Shown: in pieces, positions 1 to 12,200 of the stretch
Position numbering within the stretch: the first letter of the stretch is position 1
Layout: each line of letters begins with the position of its first letter
Assembly (NCBI RefSeq): GCF_963921235.1
Contig: NC_086100.1
Coordinates: forward strand, 203,362,001-203,426,000
Source: Mobula hypostoma
Lineage: Eukaryota
DNA: 64,000 nt
Reading direction: 5' to 3'
Notes under the pieces: model-generated
The model's input: only the letters and a program-made list of their open reading frames with translations
Told to the model about the DNA's origin: nothing
Database searches by the model: none
Position numbers and translations under genes: made by a program

Positions 1-220
1 TTCCTGAAAACGGAGGACATCTCTGTCGCTCTAGTCTGAAAAGTATCATCCTGAGATCAGATGTGCTGGAGGCGGAGGAATTAAGAGAAATGCATCGCGT
101 TTTTACAGATAATAGGATGGGAATAGTTATAATCCTGGCAATTTTGAGAATCCATAGGTTTACAATAGACATCAGTAGATAAGCTGTCTCCTCAGACAGA
201 GTCAATGAGATCGAGAAAAG
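1..220 (-). mobile_element. Penelope-like element RT fragment (degenerate)
   Basis: Reverse complement resembles the Penelope RT C-terminal segment at about 53090-53300 (GAGACAGCTTATCTACTGATGTCTA...). Confidence 0.65.
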
Positions 221-237
221 TACGAACAGGTTGCGCC

Positions 238-570
238 TCAATTTTGAGACTGTGCCCTCTAGTGCTGGATACGCACACCGGAGGAAACATCACCTCCACG
301 TCAAGCCTATCTAGTCCATTCAGCATTTAGTACATTTCAATGTGATCACCCCGCATTATTCTAAATTCCAGTAAGTACAAGTGCAATGCCACCCAAGGCC
401 TCTCGTATGTTAACCCTTTCATTCCCGGAATCATTCTCGTGAACTTCCTCTGAGCTCTCCCCAAGGACAACACTTCCTTTCTGAGATACTTGGCACAAAA
501 CTGTTGACAATACTCCAAATACAGCATGACTAGTGCCTGTTAAAGGTTCAACACTATCCCTTTGCTTCTA
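238..570 (-). mobile_element. CR1 LINE 3' RT fragment
   Basis: Minus ORF reads LEYCQQF...QRKFTRMIPGMKGLTYE...LEFRIMRGD, the CR1 ORF2 C-terminus. Confidence 0.8.
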
Positions 571-1031
571 TATTCTTGGGTTGATCTACAGAGGGATCTT
601 GGAATACGAGTTCATAACTCCCAGATAGTGGATCGAGTGTCAGGCAGTTATGTTGCAATTCTATAAATCTCCATTATAACCGCAGCTGGAGAATAGCATT
701 CTTATCTTGGAATAATGCGGAAGCTGTGGGTAGTGATTAGAAGACGCTTAACAGGATGCTGCCTGGATAAAGTAACACTGGACAATCTAGGGGAATATTC
801 TCTGTATTGGAGAGGCTGTGTGAAGTCCTACTGAAGTTTATACGTACCCGAGAAGCGCAGACAGAGTGGACAGCCGGTATGTTTTCTCTAAGTAGGAAAT
901 ATCTCCTACCAGACGACACGCACTTCCGTACAAACGGAGAGCAGTACTTCATTGGCCCATTTTGCGCTGTTTATGTATTTTGTAATTTAGTGCATTTTTT
1001 TCTCTCTTTTCACGACACTGCTGCGGTAAAC

Positions 1032-1279
1032 CCGGCTGGTAGCGTAGGGGCATCAGCGTCGGACTTCGGGACGATAGGTCCCGGGTTCGATTTCATCCGT
1101 GCTGGATTACGAACTGGTGATCTCCTTGGAAACTCACGCGGCAGAAGGCAATGGCAAACCACTGCTGTAACTTGCCTCGTTGAAGTATCCCCACTAATTC
1201 AAAGAAGGAGGAAATCTCTCGTGGTGGGTAACCGTCCGCTAAGCGGAGAAACTCCGGATGTGACGTACCTTTCCTTTCC
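1032..1279 (+). mobile_element. tRNA-derived SINE with RTE/Bov-A-like segment
   Basis: A-box-like TAGCGTAGGGG at 1040, B-box GGTTCGATTTC at 1084, GAAGGCAATGGCAAACCAC at 1144-1162, (CCTTT)n tail, and diverged flanking duplication CTGCTGCGGTAAA / TTGCTGCTCTAAA. Confidence 0.65.
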
Positions 1280-1845
1280 GTTGCTGCTCTAAAACAAACG
1301 CAATCTATTACACATTAAAATTAAACTTGACTCCGAATGGTTAAAGTAGATGTGTGTTGCAATTTTTTTTTTCGTGCTCATGGTGATGTTGTCTGGAATG
1401 AATGCCAGGGTTGGTGGTGGAGGGAGATGCAGTTGTGGCAATTAGATACCACATGAATGGTTGGAGAATGGAGGGATGTGGACGTTGTGTAGGTAGAGGG
1501 GACTGGTTTAGTAAGGCTTACAATCACCTGTTCAATTAGTTCAGAATAACACAGTGAGTAGAAGGGCCTGTTCCCCTGTTGCAATTGTTCTATGTTGGTG
1601 AGACCACAGCTGGAGAACTGTGAAGCTCTGGTCGGCAGTGGAGGACGGGAGTCAGAAGGAGACTCGATTGTGACTGTGCACTGATCCCAAAACTGAGCAT
1701 CATGCACCACTGATTCTACCCTCCGCCACCACAGGCCCCATTGTTACGGTGTAATTGTAGAGTTACGTGAAGGGTGACAAATAACACAAATTTTTCAATG
1801 ATAGAAATGGTTGCACATAAGTCACAAACACAGTTATTGCATGGA

Positions 1846-2092
1846 ACTACAGCTCCCATCGGGCACCGCGCTCAGTCAGCGTCAGCTGCCGAACACGTGG
1901 GGCCGCGGGACCAATCGGAAGTTGTAGTCCAAATGTCTCACCTTCTCCTCGCTCCCTGCTACAACACTTTTCCTCAACCATCAGGAACCTCTGTTGGAAC
2001 AGATTCACCGTGACGTCGGAGGAGAACTACGCCTGTCGGTGTGGAAGCAGAGGCCGGCGACCACCGACAGCAGGAGTTACGGCAACGAATAC
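1846..2092. promoter_or_regulatory. CpG-rich promoter-like module with ZNF143/THAP11 (ACTACAnnTCCCA) motifs, CCAAT box and E-box
   Basis: ACTACAGCTCCCATCGGGCACCGCG at 1846-1870, CACGTG at 1894, CCAAT at 1911, inverted ACTACAACTTCC at 1917-1928. Homologous to 25436-25615. Confidence 0.5.
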
Positions 2093-2565
2093 CTCACATT
2101 CACCACCCCACTCTGAAGAAATTCCTCCTCATCTCTGATCTGAGGGAAGTTTTAACAAGCGGTGCACCGCAGGGTCCGGTTCTGGAACATTGGTTATTTG
2201 TATTGATATCAATGTGGGTGTGTGAGGCCTCCGTCGGAGAGGGTCGACCATGGTTGTTGCGTCCTAACTGCCTAGATATGCACCACAGAACCCTCAGATA
2301 AATACTCTGGATATGGTCTAACCAGAGTTTTATAAATTACAACATAACCTCCTGGCTTTTGAACTCAGCGCTTCACGAAAAAGAGCCAGTATTCTGTAAG
2401 CCTTCTTCACCACCTAATCGACCTGTTTGGCCACATCCAACGAGCTGTGAACTTGGATCTCAAGATCTCTCCGCTCCGCAACACTGTTCGGCATCTTGCC
2501 TTAACAGTCAACATCGCATCTGCAGCACGTTACAATCCTTTCGGCCCACAATGTTGTGCCGACCA

Positions 2566-2643
2566 TCTATGACGGGGTCCCGAATTACCCCTATGAACTG
2601 TGCTTTTGAAGAGAGAGAGAGACAGAGAGACAGACAGACAGAC

Positions 2644-2676
<33 letters not shown>

Positions 2677-3344
2677 GAGGCGAAGACTGCTCACGGTTTG
2701 TATATACTTCCTGCAAGGACACTGGCAGCTTCCGCATTCTTACAGATGAGCTGCTTGATGGACAGCTGGTGTTCAGCACGGTGAGATAAATAGAAGGTCA
2801 GCTGTTAGACCTACAGACACATGGTTTTGGACAGTAAATGAGCTTTGTTGTGCCCACAGAAAAGGTGGGTTTTGGAGGATCGATCAGTGGTTCTCGCAGT
2901 GTGAAAAGGGTGTGACCGGTGGGGAGTTATTCATGTGTCCGACCCTCGGCTGGGTTGATAACTCCACCAGAGAAGATCGGTCCCCTGTTGTGGTCACAGT
3001 TGGTGACTTCTAAAGGATTTCGGAAGACAACGGCGTCAGCTCACCCGAGGAATCAAATCTCACTCTCTCTCCATCACTACTCAACTCAGTACCACGAACT
3101 GAACTGAACTGAACTTTACTCATCATTGTAACACTCTCTATTTACCCCTAGATTTGAAGAAGCTTGGTTTTCATATATTTCCACACTTATACATATATAA
3201 TCATTGCTAACCTGTTTGATATATCTGATTTTATATTACTGTATTGCGTAGTTACTAATAAATACCATTAGTTTATAGCAATACCGGACTCCAAAGTGTT
3301 TTCCATTTCTGCTGGTTCTTTAACCCAACACGGGGTACGTGACA
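2566..3344 (+). mobile_element. Solo LTR (5' end eroded) with internal (AG/AGAC)n tract
   Basis: Ends GGGGTACGTGACA, has AATAAA near 3257, and interrupts a CR1 3' end (GCCGACCAT | CATGTAAC) that is seen uninterrupted near 23930. Confidence 0.6.
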
Positions 3345-3975
3345 CATGTAACATACTCTAGAAACTGCCAAGATCTTCCCTACCGCATAGCCCTCTATTT
3401 TTCTAAGCTCCATGTACGTAAGAGTCTCTTAAAAGACCCTATCGTATCCAGCTCTGTCACCTTTGCAATGTATTCATTGCACCAACCACTCTCTGTGTGA
3501 AACACTTACCTCTGACATCCCATTTGTACCTACTTCTAAGCACGTTAAAACTATGCCCCCTCGTATTAGCCATATCAGCCCTGGGAAAAAGCCTCTGGCT
3601 ATCCACACGATCAATGCCTCTCATCATTTTATACACGTCTATCAGGTCACCTCTCACCCTCCGTCGCTCCAAGGAATAAAGGCCAAGTTCACTATTCTCA
3701 TAAGGCATGCTCTCCAATCCAATAACATCCTTATAAATTTCCTCTGCACTCACTCTATAGTATCCATATCCTTCCTGTAGTCAGGTAACCAGAATTGAAC
3801 ACAGTACTCCAAGTGGGGTCTAACTAAGGCCTTGTATATCTGTAACATCACCTCACAGCTCTAGAAATCAAACCCGCAATTGATGAAGCCCATTGCGCCA
3901 TATGCCTTATTAACAACGTTGTTAGCCTACGCAGCAGCTTCTAGTGTCCCGTGGACACAGACGCCAAGATCTTGC
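3345..3975 (-). mobile_element. CR1 LINE 3' fragment
   Basis: ORF reads LYSLERRRVRGDLIDVYKMMRGIDRVD...TRGH...FTQRVV. Confidence 0.85.
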
Positions 3976-3979
3976 TGAA

Positions 3980-4262
3980 CTGGGTCCTCGGACAGTGTTA
4001 TGACGTGGTCAAGCCGAATTCTGACTTGTTCAGTATTGCCACCTCCCTTGGCCCCTGTCACCCTGCTGATCTGAATCCCGAGAGGGTGGGAGTTTATCTC
4101 AGTTACGAGTCCGGGATAGTTTTATTTTACAACGCCGATACCAAGTCCCATCTCCACATCTTCACTGAGAATAAATTCACGGACAAACTTTATCCTTTTT
4201 TCTGGACTTGAGATGAAAACAAGTGGCTGAGAATCTGCTCCGGTTCCGTTCCGGTTCTGTGA
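3980..4262 (+). pseudogene. TRIM B30.2 (SPRY) terminal exon fragment, 5'-truncated, with premature stop
   Basis: WVLG...[58 protein letters not shown]. The TGA at 4209-4211 replaces a Trp conserved in both paralogues. The 3' UTR is homologous to those of the minus-strand copies. Confidence 0.9.
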
Positions 4263-4544
4263 ACAGGCCGGGTCACGGAACCGGCGTCAGGAGTAAAGTC
4301 CCTGTAAATATAAATGTGCGGAGAATGAAATAATTACGAGATGAGAATTATCGATCCATTAATTTTAACTCGTTCACCGCGTCCGTTAACGGAACAAAAA
4401 CACCGCGGATTCAGCGACAGCCGCGGGCGGCGGGTCCTGAGCTGCCCCAGCTCCTAAAGTCCATCCGCACTGTTGCAGGGTAAAGCGGACAAGTGGGGGC
4501 GGTGCTGACTGGAAAAGGGAGGTCAAGGTGAATCTTGGAAAGAC

Positions 4545-6340
4545 CGCAAGATATAAGAGCAGAATTAGGCCATTTAGCCCATCGAGTCTGCTCCGCCATT
4601 CCATATTCGCAAATCCCGGATTCCACTCAACCCCATACACCTGCGTTCTCGCCATACCCTTTGATGGCCTAATCGATCAGGAAGTGATCATATTTAACGA
4701 TAAATATACCCACAGAAAGCTTCCACCGCAGCCCATGGAAGAGCATTCCACCGTTTCAGTACTCTCTGGCTAAAAATATTCCTCATTATTTCTATTCGAA
4801 GTGATCTCCCCTCTATTTTGAGGCTGTGCCGTCTAGTCTGGTTATCCTAAACTTCTTCACATCCTCCCTATCTAGTCCTTTCGACACTTGGTAGGTTTCA
4901 ATGAGATCCTCCCTTCCTTTCTGAGATATGGGACCCAAAACGTTGACAAAACCCCAAGTACGGCCTGAGTTGTGTCTTATAAATGCTCAGGATTATCTCC
5001 TTAATTAAATATTCTATTCCTCTTCAAAGAAAGCCAACAATGCATTTCGATTTTGTACCACAGACTCAGCCTGTGAAATAACCTTCTTGGACTCTTGCAC
5101 GAGAAATCCTAAGGTCCCTGCACCTCTGATGTTTGTATTTTCTCCTCATTTAAATAATAGTTGGCACTAAGATTCCTTTGACCAAAATGCATTGTCATTC
5201 AATTCCCAACGCTGTATTCAATCTGCTACTTTTTTTTTTACCATTCTTTGAATTTCTCTAAGTCCTGCTGCAATCGCATTGTTTCCTCAGCACTACCTAC
5301 CCCTCCACTTATCTTTGCATCATCCGCAAACTCTGTCACAAAGCCATCAATTATCTAAATCTTTGACAAACTATGTGAAAAGTAGCAGTCCCCCTGAGGA
5401 ACACTAGTTCCTGACAGCCAGCCTGAAAAGGCCCCCTTTATTCCCACCTGCTGCCTCCTGCCTGTCAGCCATTCCTCTGTCCATGCCAGTATCTTTCCTG
5501 TAACGCCATAGGACTTTATCTTTTTCGGCAACCTCATATGTGGTACCTTATCAAAGGCTTTCTGAAAATTGAAGTAAATGGTATCAACTACCTCTCATTT
5601 GTCCAGCGTCCTTTTCACTTCCTCAGTGATCTCCAACAGAATTATAAGGCACAATTTCCTTTTACAGAAACCATGCTGACATTGACTTGTTTTATCATCA
5701 GTCTCCAAGTACCTCGGAAACTCAATGTTGTTAAATGATTACAATATTTTCCCAACCACTGAGGTCAGGCTAACTGCCCTAGAAATTCCTTTACTTTGCC
5801 TTCCTCCCTTCGTAAAGAGTGCAGTTTTCTATATTCCGGTCCTCCAGGACCATGCCAGAATCAAGTGATTCTTGAAAGACCGTGACCAAATCATCCGTAT
5901 CTCTTCAGCAGCTTTTCTCAGGTCTCTGTGTAGTAGTCCATCTGTTCCAGGTGACTTGTCCACCTTAAGACCTTTGAGTTAGTCACGCACTTTTTTCTTT
6001 GTAATCGCCAAGGCACTAATTCCTTCTTTGTCTTCCACAGTGAAGAATGAGGCAAAGTATTCATTAAGTTTATCTGCCATTTTTTGTCCCCCATTACTAC
6101 CTCAGCAGCAACATTTTCCAGTGGTCCTATATCAGCTCTCATCTTCCTTTCACTCTTTATGTAACTGAAAAAAGTAGTATCGTGTTTTATATTATTGGCT
6201 AGTTTGCTCTCATGTTTCATCTTTACCATTCTTATGGCTCTTTAGCTGCCTTTTGTTGAACTTTAAAAGCATCCCGATGATCCAACATCCCACTTACTTT
6301 TGCTACTTATATGCCATTTCCTTAGGTTTAACACAGTCCT
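4545..6340 (-). mobile_element. Degenerate CR1 LINE (RT region)
   Basis: Remnants such as KILAWTEEWLTGRRQQVGIKG...SVPQG and KLANNIK...IGPLEN. The same element flanks the 3' UTRs of the paralogues (28560-29375, 59590-60800). Confidence 0.8.
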
Positions 6341-6344
6341 TTTG

Positions 6345-7480
6345 ATTAATTTTTGGAAGTTCGACTGTCAAGTTTTATGAAATTTTTAAAAAAAATTTCG
6401 ACGCCTTGTGCAGGTACGGATGGCGAAGTTATATTGGCGTTTCTGAGATAGAGCTTGGGATCCCACAAGGCAGTATCTATTATTTCTTATTATGATTAAT
6501 GATATTTTCTCTGAGATAGGTACAGGGGTGAGTAAATCACTATTTGCAGATGATAGAGGTTTATGGATTAGAGGTAGAAATGTTAATTTAGCTATACATA
6601 GGATGCCATAGCAATTAATAAGGTCAAACAGTTGGCAAATAGATGGGATTTAATCTTTCAGTGGAAAAACATAAGTCATGTGTTTCATAAACAAGATTAA
6701 TAGATATGCACTTGATTTGAAATCAGGAGATCAAACTCTTGGAGACGAATCGGTGGTAAGACTTCCAGGCACGTGAATGGACAATAAGCTGACATGGAAG
6801 CACCGTATAAGAAAAATAATTGATGAATATATAGGAGCAATAAATATTCGCAGGTGTCTTTGTGGCTATTCTTCGAATGCTACATGAAAATCTCTGTTGA
6901 ACATTTATATTTGTTTAATTAGATTTGGTCTTGATTTTGACTCTGTGGCTTAAGGATCAGCTTCATCTTCAACTTTAAAATGTTTGGATGTGATACAAGC
7001 ACAGGCTTTAAGATTCTGTTATCGTGCCTCTCCTGTTTCAGGTTTGCTGATTGATATTGCGGAGATTGAATTTGACATTAACATACTGTATTAATTTGAA
7101 AGGGCAAAGAAATGATCATCCTGTTAAAGATGTGCTGGGAGACTGTCGGGAACATCACAGGAAGAGTGTTTTAGTTTTGGGTGCTTGGGTTCTTATTCCG
7201 CTGGAATTGTGGGATCGTTGAATTATGCAATATGTCCCACTGTAGCTTTCTTAGTAACCCCGACTTGTTTTTACAAATGCTTTTATTGATTTTGGGATAC
7301 ACGATTTAATAAAGTCTCAGGATTTTGTTATGCCCGAAAATCTGTTAGTTCATTGGTATATTAAGGACATTTATTGTGATATGTTGACCATTTTACAGAA
7401 GGATTAAAATATAATTTAGCTGGCATTGTCGGTGTGGTAGTTTTGTGCCCAAATTATAGATAACGATAAAGAAACGACAT
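6345..7480 (+). mobile_element. Nimb/I-group LINE RT fragment (degenerate)
   Basis: Homologous to 26750-27860, with GIPQGS...INDIF...LFADD remnants and WINLKGQRNDHPVK-like text. Confidence 0.7.
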
Positions 7481-7804
7481 TGTTCGATTTCTGGGGGACA
7501 ACATCCTCGATGCACTTTCAGATGAAGCATGTGACCCCATCGTGAACTCGGTCACATCCTCATCACGGGAGACATTCCAACTGATGTCACCAAGCAGTCT
7601 TGTAGCATGAAAGCCGATTGGTCGGACCAACAGTGGACGGATCACCTATGGCCGCCTCCTGTTTCAGCTTTTGCTTGTACGTCGGCAGAAGCGGGATCAA
7701 AGAGTGATCTGATTCTGCAAATGTGATCGGAGGAGCACTTTGTAATCGTTGCGGATGGGTCGAGTGTACTCGCTCCCCGAGTGCTCACCTGGATGTACTG
7801 GCAA

Positions 7805-8784
7805 TACAAGAGGAAATCTGCAGATGCTGGAATTTCAAGCAACAAACATCAAAGTTGCTGGTGAACGCAGCAGGCCAGGCAGCATCTCTAGGAAGAGGTA
7901 CAGTCGACGTTTCGGGCCAAGACCATTCGTCAGGACTAACTGAAAGAAGAGCTAGTAAGAGATTTGAAAGTTGGAGGGGGAGGGGGAGATCCAAAATGAT
8001 AGGAGAAGAGGAGGGGGAGGGATGGAGCCAGGAGCTGGACAGGTGATAGGCAAAGGGGATATGAGAGGATCATGGGACGGGAGGCCCAGGGAGAAAGAAG
8101 GGGGGAGCGGGGAAGCCCAGAGGATGGGCAATAACGGATGGGGAACGAGGAGTGGCGGGGGGGGGGCGATTAACGGAAGTTTGCGAAGTCAATGTTCATG
8201 CCATCAGGTTGGAGGCTACCCAGACGAAATACAAGGTGTTGTTCCTCCAACCTGAGTGTGGCTTCATCTTAACAGTAGAGGAGGCCGTGGATAGACATAT
8301 CAGAATAGGAATGGGACGTGGAATTAAAATGTCCACTGGGAGATCCTGCTTTCTCTGGCGGACAGAACGTAGATGTCAGAGAAACAGTCACCCAGCCTGC
8401 GTCGGGTCTCGTAAATATATAGAAGGCCACATCGGGAGCACCTGACGCAGTGTATCACCCCAGCCGACTCACAGGTGAAGTGTCGCCTCACCTGGAAGGA
8501 CTCTCTGGGGCCCCGAATGGTAGTGAGGGAGAAAGTGTAAGGGCATGTGTAGCACTTGTTCCGCTTACAAGGATAAGTGCCGGGAAGGAGATCAGAGGGG
8601 AGGGATGGGGGGGGGGGGCGGGGCGGGACCAATAGACAAGGGAGTCGCGTAGGGAGCGAGCCCTGCGGAAAGCAGAGACAGTGGGTGGCGGGGGTGGGGG
8701 GGGGGAAGATGTGCGTAGTGGTGGGATCCCGTCGGATTTGGCGGAATTTACGGAGAATTATATGTTGGACCCGGAGGCTGGTGG
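7805..8784 (-). mobile_element. Penelope-like element 3' part (GIY-YIG endonuclease plus terminal repeat)
   Basis: GTYPCKRNKCYTC...HFTCESAGVIHCVRCSRCGLLYIYETRRRLGD. The terminal sequence matches 53870-54289. Confidence 0.9.
7902..7937 (-). ncRNA. Minimal type I hammerhead ribozyme motif (Penelope terminus)
   Basis: AGTC-CTGACGA-A-TGGTCTTGGCCC-GAAA-CG-TC-GACT: catalytic core intact, one stem II mismatch. Confidence 0.6.
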
Positions 8785-9264
8785 TCAGTCAGAGATGCTG
8801 GATTAAAGTCACGGCGTTAATGAAGGCAGCCTCTGGGTGTGCAGTCTTCAGCGTGTTGAAGGTTTCGTACAGTTCCTTGAGAGCCAGGTCAGTATCAGCC
8901 TGTGGCGGAATGTACAGTGTGTTGATGTTAACAGCCGTGAACTCCCTAGGCAGCCAGTAGGGTCTAAACAGCTGTTCCAGATCTGGGGAACAAAGGATTT
9001 GAGCACATGCATATTCTGGCGGTTGCGCCAAGAATTGTTGACCATGAAGCATACCATTCCTCCTTTACTCTTCCCAGTGAGGTCTTTCGACCTGTCCGCC
9101 CGGAACAGGGAGAACCCAAAGGGTTCGATGGCATGGTACGATGTCTCCTCCGTCAACCAGGTCTCCACGAAGCACAAAACGTTATATTCTTTTGTTTCCC
9201 GCTGGTAAGAGATTCTGGCTGTCAGTTCACACAGCTTGTTGTCCAGGACCAGGTTCTAATCACA

Positions 9265-12200
9265 CTTAGAATGTGGGTGTGTTGGATTATACAATATGTC
9301 CCACTGTCGCGTTCTTGGTAACCTCGCATTGTTTTTACAAATGCCTTTACTTGATTTTGGGATACACGATCCAATAAAGTCTAAGGATTTTGTTATGCCT
9401 GAGAATCTGTTGATTCGTCACTATAATGTGGAAAATTATTATGATCTGTTAAACATTGCTGCAGAGGACTCAAAAGATGACTTAACTGAGATGTTGCTGT
9501 GGTTGTTGTTTTTGTGCATGAATTACAGGTAACGACAAAGAAACAACTTACCAATCATTTATCAGTATTTCGAGTAGAGTTTGTTTGCATCATTTTAGGC
9601 TTACAGTGGTTGGTTGAAATTTGTTCATGTGAAGTTGTAATTTGTTCAGATGCCTTTTCGGTTTTGATAACTCTAAAAGTAGGTTATTATACCAGTCGGC
9701 CAGGTTTACTATTGGAAACTCATCAAGCATTGTTGCTTATGCAGAGTATTAGTTTCTCTTTCCACTTCTTATGGGTCCTTGCACACAGCGGTTCAGTAAC
9801 AAAAGCTGTTAAATTTTGAACTGGCATATCGGAAGCTAAGGGGTTGGTGGATTAAGACGGGTGGGATAAATGGCATGAAAGCAGACACCTTTATAGAATG
9901 CATACCGGTTGGGTTTATGGGAGATTGGGGGTAAAACAAGAAGAAAAGGAATTACATTGACGCGACTTAGAATTTGGCACTCTATGCTTAAATATTGCTT
10001 TGTTCGTGTTGGGAAACATCATTCTGGGTCGAGTAGTTTTCATAAAAGCTTTTTTAAAATAATGGCAGTATCTTTAATTTAATTCACGGTATTGTGTTTT
10101 GTTACCGGGGCCACGGGAGGCAGACAAGTGGGTCACGGTTAGGAGGGGGAAGGGGAAGAGTCAGGTAATAGAGAGTACCCCGGTGGCTGTACCCCTTAAC
10201 AACAGGTACTCCTGTTTGAGTACTGTTGGGGGGGACAGCTTACCCGGGGGAAGCGACAGCGGCAGTGCCTCCGGCACAGAGTCTGGCCCTGTAGCTCAGA
10301 AGGGTAGGGCAAGGAAGAGGAGGGCAGTTGTGATAGGGGACTCGATAGTAAGGGGGTCAGATAGGCGATTCTGTGGACGCAGTCCAGAGACCCGGATGGT
10401 AGTTTGCCTCCCTGGTGCCAGGGTCCGGGATATTTCTGATCGTGTCCAAGATATCCTGAAGTGGAAGGGTGAGGAGCCAGAGGTCGTGGTACATATAGGT
10501 ACCAATGACATAGGTAGGAAAAGGGATGAGGTCCTGAAAGGAGAATATAGGGAGCTAGGAAGGGAGTTGAGAAAAAGGACCGCAAAGGTAGTAATCTCGA
10601 GATTACTGCCTGTGCCACGCGACAGTGAGAGTAGGAATGCGATAAGGTGGAGGATAAATGCGTGGCTGAGGAATTGGAGCAGGGGGCAGGGATTCAAGTT
10701 TTTGGATCATTGGGACCTCTTTTGGCGCAGGCGTGACCTGTACAAAAAGGACGGGTTACACTTGAATCCTAGGGAGACCAATATCCTGGCAGGGAGATTA
10801 GCGAGGGCTACTGAGGTGACTTTAAACTAGAATGGCTGGGGGGTGGGAATCAAATTAAAGAGGCTAGGCGTGAGGAGGTTAGTTCACAACAGGGGGATGG
10901 GAACCAGTGCAGAGAGACAGAGGGGTGTAAAGTGAGGGTAGAAGCAAAAAGTACAAAGGAGAAAAGTAAAAGTGGCAGGCCGACAAATCCAGGGCAAGCA
11001 TTAAAAAGGGCCACTTTTCAACATAATTGTATAAGGGCTAAGAGAGTTGTAAAAGAGCGCCTGAAGGCTTTGTGTGTCAGTGCAAGGAGCATTCGTAATA
11101 AGGTGGATGAATTGAAAGTGCAGATTGTTATTAATGATTATGATATAGTTGGGATCGCAGAGACATGGCTCCAGGGTGACCAGGGATGGGAGCTCAACGT
11201 TCAGGAATATTCAATATTCAGGAGGGATAGACATGAAGGAAGGGAAGGTGGGGTGGCGTTGCTGGTTAAAGAAGAGATTAACGCAATAGAAAGGAAAGAC
11301 ATAAGCCGGGAAGATGTGGAATCGATATGGGTAGAGCTGCGTAACACTAAGGGGCAGAAGACGCTGGTGGGAGTTGTGTACAGGCCACCTAACAGTAGTA
11401 GTGAGGTCGGAGATGGTATTAAACAGGAAATTAGAAATGTGTGCAATAAAGGAACAGCAGTTATAATGGGTGACTTCAATCTACATGTAGATTGGGTGAA
11501 CCTAATTGGTAAAGGTGCTGAGGAAGAGGATTTCTTGGAATGTATGCGGGATGGTTTTTTGAACCAACATGTCGAGGAACCAACTAGAGAGCAGGCTATT
11601 CTGGACTGGGTTTTGAGCAATGAGGAAGGGTTAATTAGCGATCCTGTCGTGAGAGGCCCCTTGGGTAAGAGTGACCATAATATGGTGGAATTCTTCATTA
11701 AGATGGAGAGTGACATAGCTAATTCAGAAACAAAGGTTCTGAACTTAAAGAGGGGTAACTTTGAAGGTATGAGACGTGAATTAGCTAAGATAGACTGGCA
11801 AATGGCACTTAAAGGATTGACGGTGGATATGCAATGGCAAGCATTTAAAGGTTGCATGGATGAACTACAACAATTGTTCATCCCAGGTTGGCAAAAGAAT
11901 AAATCAAGGAAGGTAGTGCACCCGTGGTTGACAAGAGAAATTAGGGATAGTATCAATTCCAAAGAAGAAGCATACAAATTAGCCAGAGAAAGTGGCTCAC
12001 CTGAGGACTGGGAGAAATTCAGAGTTCAGCAGAGGATGACAAAGGGCTTAATTAGGATGGGGGAAAAAGATTATGAGAGAAAACTGGCAGGGAACATAAA
12101 AACGGACTGTAAAGCTTTTATAGATATGTTAAAAGGAAAATACTGGTAAAAACAAATGTAGGTCCCCTGCAGACAGAAACAGGTGAATTGATTATGGGGA

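Larger units (their letters stand above)
7485..9260 (-). mobile_element. Rex1/Babar-type LINE endonuclease fragment, interrupted by a Penelope element
   Basis: CFVETWL...FSLFRADRSKDLTGKSKGG, RPYWLPREFTAV...YIPPQADT and QYIQVSTRGASTLD motifs. Confidence 0.7.

Noticed and set aside
1035..1100. tRNA gene
   Set aside because: It has A/B boxes but no convincing acceptor stem, and it continues into a SINE body and tail.
10099..10830. SGNH/GDSL esterase as a host or horizontally acquired gene
   Set aside because: It is the known ORF1 esterase of CR1-group LINEs and lies directly upstream of ORF2.
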